This document shows, one piece after another, positions 21,301 to 29,982 of a stretch of DNA of 64,000 bases. The DNA comes from Bacteroidota bacterium (GTDB taxonomy: Bacteria > Bacteroidota > Bacteroidia > JAFLBG01). The notes beneath the pieces are model-generated. The model saw only the letters and a program-made list of their open reading frames with translations. It was not told where the DNA came from and searched no databases. How positions within the stretch are numbered: the stretch's first letter is position 1; each line of letters starts with the position of its first letter. The stretch spans positions 23,126 through 87,125 of the forward strand of contig JAFLBG010000006.1 of NCBI GenBank assembly GCA_017303975.1. Direction: 5' to 3'. The position numbers and the translations under genes were made by a program.

Positions 21301-21441
21301 GGAACGCTAAAAAAACTGCTGCTTTCAATTCAATCTAAATCCATGCAGCAACAAAAAGAAATTTTATTGACAGAATTTCTTAATTGGCAGGGTAATCAAG
21401 AACAGGTAGATGATGTGTTAATTATAGGAATTCGTTTTTAG
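18316..21441 (+). CDS. Sensor protein: periplasmic two-component-regulator beta-propeller (Reg_prop) plus Y_Y_Y domain, one TM, coiled coil, and cytoplasmic PP2C/SpoIIE-type Ser/Thr phosphatase
   Basis: Repeated N.I..I..D..G..W.GT..GL motifs; a Y_Y_Y-like segment (LSYFIQIEGNEDTSWH); the TM WWFLGTISLVIIISYP; and a SpoIIE domain (VSGDFYWIY...AAVDCTGHGVPGAFMS...FSDGFADQFGG...VDDVLIIGIRF). Confidence 0.8.
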   Translation: MKILCNYVLIIGLLVVSNLPGQSYFFKNYNVKDGLIQSNVKCIEFDSLGYAWLGTESGLSKFDGVRFKNFSTEDGLFNNSIADIITDKKGRAWIAHESGGVTVFENGQFKPLKLPSVSNAKILFLYEDADGKIWISLASKGIIVCNNVFEDIYNSSNYTMYSSNDGLGSKISSMVQDKQHTLWFVTEYGVKYKLRGASKFDAFTSSELPMLYPSQITIDNQNNLFIGYYSTSASILVKYSVDKQEFSYFATPSWVSSIYVAKNNDVWVSAWGKGAMRIRNNKTTYFNSSNGLPDNKVYCFNEDREGNIFSGILGQGLTIFKGDYFLGHALVPSVQQKPIKSITCDTGSTIWVSTTADVYELNTRNDSVVPLRFLNPTGNSIVALKVYENLLWILFSNDLKSYDLKTNKVISYGAISSDLKDLIATSFDFDRERNLWLGTNEGVIKYNFKTNTLQNYRVTDGIPGNDIKFIYFDKKGKLWVACKGKGLCYFEGRKFIVSKKFENTDPTCITEDSNCIIWIGTQNNGLFRVENESNVKSLKAKDGLLSDNIVALVSYNEKIYIGTNKGLDVLDVITNRVRSFGQSDGLTGIEVSPNALVENSAQIFIGTVDGLMSFNPEYFKKGLVAPTIVVNDFLVNDSSRAISSQYLLSHNEDNIAINVQGICYSNPDKLSYFIQIEGNEDTSWHTIPTPTHFQPLIHNPGKYVLNIKVLNADGLFSDIRKIHITIEPPFWETWWFLGTISLVIIISYPTVLKLNSRRLRKKNLDLEKKVQERTAEVVLKNKELDEKNKDITASIRYAKRIQDAILPPDSLVSSALPEAFILYKPKDIVSGDFYWIYEKDDCVFFAAVDCTGHGVPGAFMSIVGHNLLDKLVGENELLKPSEILDALNKSVSDTLRQSSRDDQVKDGMDITLCSYNKKTNELQFAGAYNPLWMVTNSADFVEIKADKFPIGTLSLGEQKQFTNNNISLQKGDTIYIFSDGFADQFGGPLGKKYKYGTLKKLLLSIQSKSMQQQKEILLTEFLNWQGNQEQVDDVLIIGIRF

Positions 21442-21468
21442 GAATTTTAATAAGTTCGAAGATTTATT

Positions 21469-22848
21469 TTAATGAGCACACTCTAAAAGTTGGTAAAATG
21501 AAGACGTTTTCAAGATTACGTCTGCGTTTTGGATAACTAATTCATTTTTTGTGCAATAGGAAACTCCAATACCCGCAAACTTAATCATACACATATCATT
21601 TTCTCCATCTCCAACTGCAATTACGTTTGATATTGATACATTGTATTTATTGCAAATATGAAATAACGCATTGCTCTTGCAACTATTGTGATTGCATTTG
21701 CTCGATTCGTTTTTGATAAAGAAAGATGGGATTTTTATTTCTCCTGTAGCCAAACCATTAGCTAATTCTAACTCTAAAGCCAAAGAAAAGTCTGCTCCAA
21801 TTTTGTTTTTTATAAAGTTTGTAATCAGGTCATAGCTATCAGATATTATACCGATTATATATCCTCTTTTTTTTAGTTGATTAATTGTTTCAATAATATC
21901 ATCATTTAGTGGAATGGTATCTGCAACCGATAATAATTGTGTTTTAGATAAACCTTTTAATAATTGTGCTATGGATTTTTTTAAAATTAAATCGTCATGA
22001 TTAATACTTCTTATATTAATAAGCTGAGTGTAAAAATTTAATTTCTTTGCAATTGTATCAATGAATCGACCGTTTAAAATTGTGCCATCCATATCTAGGA
22101 TTAGCATTTTTTTTAAACCAAGTAGGCTCTCTTGAATAGCCCTTTCCATTTGTCCTCTAATAATATTTATTGATTCCATTTCGTCTAAATTGAAATAGGT
22201 ACTTTTATTATTTACCGCTCGTTTTATTATTGATTTTGAAACTTCTTTAGACATTTTTCCAAGTTCGTTCCATGGCTTCATTTTGTTTTCAATATCTCCA
22301 ATATGAATTTCTGTAATACGTGCTTTAATTGTATATAAGTCAATTAGAATTCCAATATCTACACCATAGTCATCCTCGAAAGTTACTTGTGAAAAAAAAC
22401 TTTTTTTTCCAGCTATAATTCCACTAAGTGGTTGTTTAAAATTACTGAGTTCTGGGAAAAATAGACTTAGTAGGGGTTTGGCTACAAGTTCAGTGACTCT
22501 GCCCATTTGCCTGTTAAACGTACCTTTCACGAAATCAAATTCGTTCGAAATAATCGGTTCAGATAAGTCTTGTATTGTGTTACAAGGGTAGGGGTATATA
22601 TCGGCATCTAAGAATATAATAATTTCATTTTTTGAAATAGCTAATCCTTCTTGCATAGAGGTGCCTTTGCCTTGTTTTTTACTTTTAATTACAGTGGCAC
22701 TTGTAAGAGAGGCAATTTCAAAAGTGTTGTCTTGCGAGTTGTCGTCTATAACAATAACCTCAGTAACATTTATAAATGAGGCGGCAAATTCAATTACTTG
22801 TCTTATTGTACTGGATTCATTGTAGGCAGGAATTATTATACTTATCAT
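21469..22848 (-). CDS. Bifunctional GT-A glycosyltransferase (GT2/GT81-like) fused to HAD-IB phosphatase (glycosyl-3-phosphoglycerate synthase/phosphatase-like)
   Basis: N-terminus IIIPAYNESSTI...VIVIDDNSQDNT...DADI is a GT-A fold with a DxD. C-terminus LILDMDGTIL ... GDGENDMCM is a HAD with motifs I and IV. Confidence 0.6.
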   Translation of the reverse strand: MISIIIPAYNESSTIRQVIEFAASFINVTEVIVIDDNSQDNTFEIASLTSATVIKSKKQGKGTSMQEGLAISKNEIIIFLDADIYPYPCNTIQDLSEPIISNEFDFVKGTFNRQMGRVTELVAKPLLSLFFPELSNFKQPLSGIIAGKKSFFSQVTFEDDYGVDIGILIDLYTIKARITEIHIGDIENKMKPWNELGKMSKEVSKSIIKRAVNNKSTYFNLDEMESINIIRGQMERAIQESLLGLKKMLILDMDGTILNGRFIDTIAKKLNFYTQLINIRSINHDDLILKKSIAQLLKGLSKTQLLSVADTIPLNDDIIETINQLKKRGYIIGIISDSYDLITNFIKNKIGADFSLALELELANGLATGEIKIPSFFIKNESSKCNHNSCKSNALFHICNKYNVSISNVIAVGDGENDMCMIKFAGIGVSYCTKNELVIQNADVILKTSSFYQLLECAH

Positions 22849-22904
22849 GATTGTACTTTTTTAATAAAAGTACTTCATGTTTCTTGCGGGTGCATTGACA
22901 TAAG

Positions 22905-23657
22905 TCAATTAATAATCTTTTCTAGGCCTTTTAAGCTGAGTATTGTAATTCTTCTGCCTTTGCTTTCAATATATTTTTTTTCTTTGAATTCCTTTAAAAC
23001 CCTCACTAAAGTTTCTTTGGCAGTGCCTACATAACTTGCAATATCATCTCTAGAAAGATTAATTGTCGCTAGTTTGCTAGAATTTTCTAGTCGATACTTT
23101 TCTTCCAGTATTAGTAAAGATAAGGCAACTCTTTCTTTTACAGGCTGCTGAGTGAATACGGAAACTTTGTTAACCCAAACTGTAAATTCAAACGCCAAAT
23201 TTGCTAGTAATTTATTTGATAGGAAAACAGAAGAGTTTAGGATTTGTATAAATGAATTTTTGGGGATAAAGGAAACTACACAGTCTTCTAACGTTTGAGC
23301 AGAAACCGGATTTGTTTCGTTGCTTAAAATAGGCCTGTATCCAAATACTTCACCTTTTTTATAGAAATACATAATTTGCTCTTTTCCTTCTTTATTTGTC
23401 TGGAAAATTTTAACCTTCCCTTTTCTAAGAATAAATACCCCTCTAGGGTATGCTCCTTCCTTAAACAATATTTTCCCTTTCTTAATTTCTAGTCGCTGCA
23501 TTTTTCTAATTAAAAAATTAGCATGCTCAGGGGAGAGACCTTCAATTATAGAAATAGGTTTGAAGTAATATTTTTCTATTGATAAACTCATTATGAAGTA
23601 AAGTATCTTATTTAATTTTCTAAAAAATTGACTTAAGTCAATTTTTTGTAGTAACAT
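22905..23657 (-). CDS. Crp/Fnr family transcriptional regulator
   Basis: cNMP-binding beta-roll (GAYPRGVFILRKGKVKI) and a C-terminal HTH (RDDIASYVGTAKETLVRVLKEF). The true start is probably the internal Met at about 23591. Confidence 0.75.
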   Translation of the reverse strand: MLLQKIDLSQFFRKLNKILYFIMSLSIEKYYFKPISIIEGLSPEHANFLIRKMQRLEIKKGKILFKEGAYPRGVFILRKGKVKIFQTNKEGKEQIMYFYKKGEVFGYRPILSNETNPVSAQTLEDCVVSFIPKNSFIQILNSSVFLSNKLLANLAFEFTVWVNKVSVFTQQPVKERVALSLLILEEKYRLENSSKLATINLSRDDIASYVGTAKETLVRVLKEFKEKKYIESKGRRITILSLKGLEKIIN

Positions 23658-23703
23658 TTATCCTAAATTGCAATCTACAATTTTATTTTTTTAGTTAACC
23701 TTT

Positions 23704-23736
23704 GGTCGAGTTCATGTAGCTCGACCATTTTTATTT
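23704..23736 (+). other. Stem-loop (7-bp stem GGTCGAG/CTCGACC) followed by ATTTTTATTT, in the Crp-ClC divergent region
   Basis: Perfect inverted repeat seen directly, with a T-rich tail on the plus strand. Confidence 0.4.
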
Positions 23737-23762
23737 AAAGTATTTTATAAGTAATTCTACTA

Positions 23763-23770
23763 TATATTTG
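23763..23770 (+). promoter_or_regulatory. -7 element TATATTTG upstream of the ClC gene
   Basis: TAnnTTTG match 6 nt upstream of the ATG at 23776. Implies a near-leaderless mRNA. Confidence 0.35.
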
Positions 23771-23775
23771 CACGT

Positions 23776-25542
23776 ATGTTTTTCAAAACGAAGAATGCCA
23801 ATAATATATATGTACTCTCTATTTTAATTGGAGTTGTTACCGGATTATTTGCTATTGGCTTTGTTTGGTTGTTGGAACAGGCCACCCACTTTGTTTATAA
23901 GCTACATAAGTACAACTTCGATTCGGATATAGCAACGCAATCTTTTCGTACTGACATTGATGTTGTAACAGCCCTTTTAATAGTTTTGATTCCTTCTGTT
24001 GGAGGGCTCATTACCGGAATTATAACAAATAAATTTTCTAAGTCATCTGCCGGTACCGGAGTCGATCAGATGATATATGCATTTCATCAAAACGAGGGTG
24101 TAATTGAAACAAAGGCTCCGTTTTATAAATCGATAACTACCATATTTACACTTTCCTCCGGAGGAAGCGGAGGAAAGGAAGGGCCAATTGCTTTTATTGG
24201 AGCAGGAATTGGGGCTATAGTTTCCAAAATTGTAAATACAGGTGCTAGAGCCAGAAGAACTTTGTTATTGGCTGGAACAGCAGCCGGATTGGGCAGTGTG
24301 TTTAAATCGCCATTAGGTGGAGCATTAACAGCAGCCGAAATGGTATATAAAGAAGATATTGAGGCAGATGCTTTAATTCCTTGTTTTATCTCATCAGTTA
24401 CTGCTTATATTGTTTACACTTGGTTTGCAGGGTCCTCTCATTTTATGAATATTATTGCAAACTACCATTTTCACTTTTCCGAATTGCCATTTTATTTGTT
24501 GTTGGGAATAATGTGTTATCCATTTGGGTATTTGTTTATAAAGGGATTTAATGACACTCCTAAATATTTTATGAAATTTAATCTTCATCCTGCATTAAAG
24601 CCGGCAATAGGAGGTTTATTGGTAGGAGTACTTTCGCTACTCTTTTTTGAAATATCAGGTACCGGGCAAGATTTTATGTTGGCTGTAGCAGGAGGTAAAA
24701 AGCCGGTGTTTATGGGGAATGCTCAGTTCGCAATAGCAATAGCATTTTTGTTGATTGCTCTTTTAAAGATTGTAGCAACTACACTTACAATCGGTACAGG
24801 TGGAGCAGCAGGAATTTTTGGCCCATCTTTGTTTATTGGAGCTATGCTTGGTGCCTGTGTAGGTACATTGGCTCAACTTTTTTTTGATGACAATACGGTT
24901 TCTTTTTCTTCGTATGTAGTAGTTGGAATGGGCGCTTTTTATGCAGGAGTAGCTAATGCTCCAATTGCAGGTATCATAATGGTGTGCGAGATGACAGGTA
25001 CTTATGTTCTTCTTCCTCCCTTGATTATTGTATCTATTTTTACGTTTATCTTATCTAAAAAGATATCGATATATAAAAATCAGTTGCCGAATCGTTTTGC
25101 AAGTCCCGCTCATTTTTGGGATATGCGATTGGATGTTTTAGAGAAAATTTATTTTAGCAATAAGAAAGACGAGCTCAGAAATATTGCAGTTGTAAAGGAT
25201 TCAGATTTGTTGTCAAGTCTATTAGATATGTCTGTGAAAATTGCAGCCAGTGATTTTGTAGTAGTTACAAACTCCAATGAATTTGCGGGAATGATTTCTT
25301 TACGAAAGGTAAATGTAGCAGCTGAAGTTCTAAAGAATGAAACTGTAACAATCAACAACTTTATAGATAAAAATATCGTAGCATTAGATGTTACGGAGAA
25401 ATTGAGCGCGGGTTTAAAAACGATGATGCAGCATGATTACGATAAAATTCCGGTTGCAGACAATAAGCAATTTGTTGGGTATCTAAGATCGAGAGATATA
25501 TTTAATACATATATGTCGTTGAATAAAACAGATAAAATTTAA
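23776..25542 (+). CDS. ClC family voltage-gated chloride channel / H+-Cl- antiporter with C-terminal CBS domains
   Basis: ClC selectivity motifs GSGIP-like (GTGVD), GKEGP and GIFGP. About 10-12 TM helices and a CBS pair at the C-terminus. Confidence 0.85.
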   Translation: MFFKTKNANNIYVLSILIGVVTGLFAIGFVWLLEQATHFVYKLHKYNFDSDIATQSFRTDIDVVTALLIVLIPSVGGLITGIITNKFSKSSAGTGVDQMIYAFHQNEGVIETKAPFYKSITTIFTLSSGGSGGKEGPIAFIGAGIGAIVSKIVNTGARARRTLLLAGTAAGLGSVFKSPLGGALTAAEMVYKEDIEADALIPCFISSVTAYIVYTWFAGSSHFMNIIANYHFHFSELPFYLLLGIMCYPFGYLFIKGFNDTPKYFMKFNLHPALKPAIGGLLVGVLSLLFFEISGTGQDFMLAVAGGKKPVFMGNAQFAIAIAFLLIALLKIVATTLTIGTGGAAGIFGPSLFIGAMLGACVGTLAQLFFDDNTVSFSSYVVVGMGAFYAGVANAPIAGIIMVCEMTGTYVLLPPLIIVSIFTFILSKKISIYKNQLPNRFASPAHFWDMRLDVLEKIYFSNKKDELRNIAVVKDSDLLSSLLDMSVKIAASDFVVVTNSNEFAGMISLRKVNVAAEVLKNETVTINNFIDKNIVALDVTEKLSAGLKTMMQHDYDKIPVADNKQFVGYLRSRDIFNTYMSLNKTDKI

Positions 25543-26057
25543 TGGATTTTCGTAAGGAGCTTTTGAGTGAGTATTCAAAAGCAAATACATTGCGAATTGC
25601 AAATTATATTGGTTCGGACAAAACTAAGTTTAGCCATTTAATGAAGTTGTTTTTTGGTGATGATTATAAATTAAGTCAGTACGCATCTTGGATTGTTAGC
25701 CACTGTTTTGACGCTCACCCACATTTAGTCGATAGCTATTTAGAGCGTATGGTATTGAATCTGGAAAACAAAAATGTCCATGATGCTGTGAAGCGAAATA
25801 CAGTTCGAATATTTCAGTTTGCAACTATTCCTGAAGAATTGTTAGGAAGGGTAATTAATATCTGCTTTGGTTTTTTGCAGTCAAATTCCGAACCTATTGC
25901 TGTTAAAGTGTATTCTATGACTGTTCTAGCGAATATATCTTCAAGGATACCGGAAATTGTAAATGAGTTAAAATGGGAGGTGGAGAAACAATATCCATAT
26001 TCTTCGCCTGGATTCAAATCAAGGGCAAGAAAAATATTGAAAAAGTTAAGTAAGTGA
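25542..26057 (+). CDS. Hypothetical helical (HEAT/AlkD-like) protein, translationally coupled to the ClC gene
   Basis: The start ATG overlaps the ClC stop (TAATG). All-alpha composition. No firm family assignment. Confidence 0.35.
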   Translation: MDFRKELLSEYSKANTLRIANYIGSDKTKFSHLMKLFFGDDYKLSQYASWIVSHCFDAHPHLVDSYLERMVLNLENKNVHDAVKRNTVRIFQFATIPEELLGRVINICFGFLQSNSEPIAVKVYSMTVLANISSRIPEIVNELKWEVEKQYPYSSPGFKSRARKILKKLSK

Positions 26058-26065
26058 TTTGTGAA

Positions 26066-26680
26066 TTAGAAGAGACCGTTAATTTCTCCGTCAATTTTTT
26101 GAATTACTTTACCTAAATCTTCTTTTTTCTCCGAAAATTTATTGTCATCAACATCAATTATCAACAACTTTCCTTGGTCGTAGGTCGTAATCCAAGCCTC
26201 ATAACGTTCATTTAAACGTTTTAAGTAGTCTAAACGAATGGCGTTTTCATAATCGCGCCCTCTTTTTTGAATTTGAGAAACCAATGTTGGAACTGATGCA
26301 CGTAAATAAACCAATAAATCCGGTGGTTTAATAAAATGCTCCATTACTTTAAAAAGGGCAAAGTAACTTTCAAAATCACGTGTAGTCATTAAACCCATGG
26401 AATGAAGATTAGGAGCAAATATGTATGCATCTTCGTAAATAGTTCTATCCTGGATGATGGTTTGTTTTTTCTTTCGGAACTCTAATAATTGCTGAATACG
26501 GCTATTCAGGAAGTACACTTGCAAGTTGAAAGACCAACGTTGCATGTCTTCGTAAAAATCATTTAAATATGGATTGTCGTCAGCATCCTCGTAATGTGGA
26601 ACCCAATTATAATGTTTTGATAAAAGTGTAGTAAGTGTAGTTTTTCCTGAACCAATATTTCCGGCAATTGCAATATGCAT
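26066..26680 (-). CDS. Deoxynucleoside kinase (dAK/dGK/dCK family)
   Basis: P-loop IAIAGNIGSGKTT plus ERS/DRY-type motifs; 204 aa. Confidence 0.85.
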   Translation of the reverse strand: MHIAIAGNIGSGKTTLTTLLSKHYNWVPHYEDADDNPYLNDFYEDMQRWSFNLQVYFLNSRIQQLLEFRKKKQTIIQDRTIYEDAYIFAPNLHSMGLMTTRDFESYFALFKVMEHFIKPPDLLVYLRASVPTLVSQIQKRGRDYENAIRLDYLKRLNERYEAWITTYDQGKLLIIDVDDNKFSEKKEDLGKVIQKIDGEINGLF

Positions 26681-26797
26681 AGTAGTTATTTTATCAAAAA
26701 GTACTTGTTTGTAAATCGTATCTAATATACAAATAGGTTGGTATTTAGCAAATGATTAGAATGAATTTATTTTGAGTGTAAAGTGGGTATTTATCAA

Positions 26798-27613
26798 TTA
26801 TTTAATGTAATATGTTTTAGCTTGATTTTTGCTAAATGTTATTAAATAGTCTTTTGTTTTTTTTACTTTAATAAGTGCGGTATCTGTTGTCAAAAATGTT
26901 TTGTCGAAAGATGTAAAATTGTAGCTCCATAACGAATCGTTTTTGCAAAAAAGCACATAGTCTTCGGTTATTTGAAAATGATTGCTAATCTTAATCGGAA
27001 TTAATTTTTTGTATGTTCCAAAAATATCGAATACGAAAATGCCTTGTGCCGGGTCGTTTAAGTAAAGTAGGTTGTTATACTCAACCATAAAATTTGGATT
27101 TATGTTTCTTACTTGTGTTAGTTGAACAATGTTTCCTGTCCGGTGTGTTATTTTTAGATCGACACTTAATCTCACTAATTCGAAATTTTGTTGGTCGTAA
27201 ACCCAGATGCTATTGTTAAACGAACTGCATGCTAATAAAGGTTGGTGTATTCCGCTATCATCAAGTAAGTAGGGCCCTCCATTCAACGTAAGTGTGTTAT
27301 CTAAAAAAAGAATGGTTCTAAATTCTTTATAAAAGATTAAATTTTTTAATGGATTACTCGCATCAATGGAAAATATATTTCCTAAATTTTTATTATTAAA
27401 CGTTCTCATTACGTTTCCGTTTATATCTCTCTTTTGAACGATATTGTTGGAAAGTAAGTAAATGTTGTTTAGATAGTCAGCTTCGAAATACGATATATCT
27501 TGATAGTTGAAGTTAGATTTGAGTTGGAATGTGTTGTCGGATTTTAAACTTAATAGTAAGAATGTAGATATAACTAGTATAATTGATTTGCTCATATATG
27601 TTTTGTAAAGCAC
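26798..27613 (-). CDS. Hypothetical secreted protein
   Basis: Signal peptide and beta-rich composition. No recognisable motif. Confidence 0.35.
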   Translation of the reverse strand: MLYKTYMSKSIILVISTFLLLSLKSDNTFQLKSNFNYQDISYFEADYLNNIYLLSNNIVQKRDINGNVMRTFNNKNLGNIFSIDASNPLKNLIFYKEFRTILFLDNTLTLNGGPYLLDDSGIHQPLLACSSFNNSIWVYDQQNFELVRLSVDLKITHRTGNIVQLTQVRNINPNFMVEYNNLLYLNDPAQGIFVFDIFGTYKKLIPIKISNHFQITEDYVLFCKNDSLWSYNFTSFDKTFLTTDTALIKVKKTKDYLITFSKNQAKTYYIK

Positions 27614-27625
27614 TTGGTAGTTTAT

Positions 27626-29140
27626 TTAGCAAGTAAATTTATTCAATTCCTCCAAATACTTTCTGTCATTGGATAAGCGAGGTACTTTGTTTTGTCCGCC
27701 CAGTTTATTTTTTGATTTTAGCCAATTGTGAAATGTATTGGTTGGCACAGTTTTAACAGTAGGCATTTTTAGTGCCATATTATTGTAGCGTTTTGCTTCG
27801 TAATCTGAGTTGATTGATTTCAGCGCATTGTCAAGCATTTCGGTAAAGTAATTTAAATTGTCCGGATGTTTTTCAAATTCAATATACCATTCGTGTGCAC
27901 CTGTAGTAGAGTTGTCCATGTATATTGGTCCTGCTGTGTATTCTGTAATAATGGCATTTGTTTTTTCGCATGCAATGGCTAATGCTTTTTCAGCATTGTC
28001 TATAATTACTTCTTCTCCAAAGGCATTTATAAAATGTTTGGTACGTCCGGAAATTTTAAATCGGTATGGATATGTGGATGTGAATTGCACCGTATCGCCA
28101 ATCATGTACCGCCACAAACCCGATGTGCTTGATATTACCATCGCATAGTTTTTATTCAGCTCGACTTCACTCAGTGGAATTGTTTTTTTCGAATCTGTTT
28201 CAAAATATTCCATGGGAATAAATTCGTAAAATATTCCATAGTCGAGCATGAGCAAAAGTTCTTCAGAATTTAATTTGTCTTGTATTCCAAAAAAACCTTC
28301 CGATGCATTGTATAACTCTAAAAAGGAGACATTACTGCTACCAAATAATTCTTTAAACTGCTCTCGGTAGGGAGTGAAATTTATTCCTCCATGAAAAAAC
28401 ACTTCCAAATTGGGCCACACTTCTTTTATGTTTTTTTTACCACTTATTTTTAAAATATGTTTAAGTAAAACCAGCATCCAAGAAGGAACACCGGCAATAC
28501 TGGTAACATTTTCAAACATAGTAGTGCGTGCTAGTTTTTCTAGTTTTTCTTCCCACTCGTCCATTAGTGCAATGGTAATATCCGGAGCGCGCAAAAATTC
28601 AGCCCACATCGGCAGGTTCTGAATTACAATGGCAGACAAATCTCCATGATAAGATTCGTAATCGCCATATTTGTCTGTTTTGTGGCTGCCTCCAAGTGCC
28701 AAATTTTTTCCGGTAAACAACTCGGTATTGGAATGGTTATTGCAAAATAGAGCCACCATATCTTTCCCGCCTTTGTAGTGGCATTCTTCCAACGATTCTT
28801 GACTTACTGGAATGAATTTACTTTTATCACTAGTGGTTCCTGACGATTTTGCAAACCATTTTATTTCCGTTGGCCATAAAATATTTTGCTCGCCTCTTCT
28901 TGTCCGTTCTATATCATTTTTTAATGATTCATAATCTTGTAGCGGAATCCGTGAACTAAAATCTGAATAGGATTGTATGGATTTAAAATCATATTTTTTT
29001 CCCCATTCCGTATTTCGTGCAGTATGTGTAAGTTTTAGAAGGCATTCGTTTTGAACTTCGTTCGGGTACTTCATAAATAGCTCAATTTGGTGCATTTGCT
29101 TTTTTAGCACCCAAGAAGCTATAGAGTTGATAATTGACAT
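27626..29140 (-). CDS. GH3 family (auxin-responsive GH3-like acyl-adenylate-forming) protein
   Basis: ~500 aa with the SSGTT AMP-binding-like motif and overall similarity to bacterial GH3 proteins. Confidence 0.7.
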   Translation of the reverse strand: MSIINSIASWVLKKQMHQIELFMKYPNEVQNECLLKLTHTARNTEWGKKYDFKSIQSYSDFSSRIPLQDYESLKNDIERTRRGEQNILWPTEIKWFAKSSGTTSDKSKFIPVSQESLEECHYKGGKDMVALFCNNHSNTELFTGKNLALGGSHKTDKYGDYESYHGDLSAIVIQNLPMWAEFLRAPDITIALMDEWEEKLEKLARTTMFENVTSIAGVPSWMLVLLKHILKISGKKNIKEVWPNLEVFFHGGINFTPYREQFKELFGSSNVSFLELYNASEGFFGIQDKLNSEELLLMLDYGIFYEFIPMEYFETDSKKTIPLSEVELNKNYAMVISSTSGLWRYMIGDTVQFTSTYPYRFKISGRTKHFINAFGEEVIIDNAEKALAIACEKTNAIITEYTAGPIYMDNSTTGAHEWYIEFEKHPDNLNYFTEMLDNALKSINSDYEAKRYNNMALKMPTVKTVPTNTFHNWLKSKNKLGGQNKVPRLSNDRKYLEELNKFTC

Positions 29141-29176
29141 AGCTAAATATACTTATGAAATAGTAAAGACAAGTAA

Positions 29177-29911
29177 TTATTTGATTTTCTTTCTCCTAAA
29201 AATAAGAGTTTTATAAATATCGTATCGTTGCTTTATGTATTCTGCTAGCTCGTACATGGTAGATGATTGAACATAGTTAATATTTAGACCGCAAAATTCA
29301 ATAAAATCATCAAATTCTTTATCATCTAAATACATAATGTCGTTTTTGATGTAAATTCGCAATAGCTCTTTTAGTGCATCTTGCATGGCATCACGCTCTT
29401 CTAATTCAGCCACACGCTGTTTGCTTTGTTCGAATTTGCTAAAGCGCATATACAGTGCGGTAATTACATTGTCTCGTCCAATGTTGCTATAGGATGGCTT
29501 ATAGGTAGAGGAAATGCTTCCAATTTCTTTTTCAACTTCTTTTATAGGTTTTATAGGTCGTATTACCACCTCGTTGCCATAATAGGTTTTTGGGTAGAGC
29601 GAAATTAATATTTGGTAATTCGTCTTTGAAATAGAATCCTTAAAACATATGTTTTTTAGTTCATACCCAAGTGCAGTAATAATGAGTGTATCTGTTTTAG
29701 GTATGGTGGTTGTAAATTTTCCATCAGCTCCTACAATCATTCCGGTGTAGGTTCTTTTGTTTACAACCATAATTCGTTCTGGTGGAACTTTAGATTTATA
29801 GTCAACAACTTTTCCAACCACTGTTATGGTATTTTGGTTTGTTTGGCTTTGTATAAATTGACTAAAGCCAACGAGTAAAAGAAGCAAATAAATTATGATT
29901 GTGTTTTTCAC
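29177..29911 (-). CDS. DUF4294-like protein with N-terminal carboxypeptidase-regulatory-like domain
   Basis: Signal peptide followed by ITVVGKVVD (CarbopepD_reg-like) and a helical C-terminal half. Confidence 0.4.
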   Translation of the reverse strand: MKNTIIIYLLLLLVGFSQFIQSQTNQNTITVVGKVVDYKSKVPPERIMVVNKRTYTGMIVGADGKFTTTIPKTDTLIITALGYELKNICFKDSISKTNYQILISLYPKTYYGNEVVIRPIKPIKEVEKEIGSISSTYKPSYSNIGRDNVITALYMRFSKFEQSKQRVAELEERDAMQDALKELLRIYIKNDIMYLDDKEFDDFIEFCGLNINYVQSSTMYELAEYIKQRYDIYKTLIFRRKKIK

Positions 29912-29982
29912 TAAATAGAAAAGTAGGATAAATAATTTATGTGCTAAATATTTAATTGTTAAGTATTGTTAATGCAATAAAA

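Noticed and set aside
23658-23775. Fluoride (crcB) riboswitch upstream of the ClC gene
   Set aside because: I looked for the conserved GATGG ... CTGATGATTCCT elements and none are present. The channel has GKEGP (Cl-/H+ type) rather than ClC-F features.
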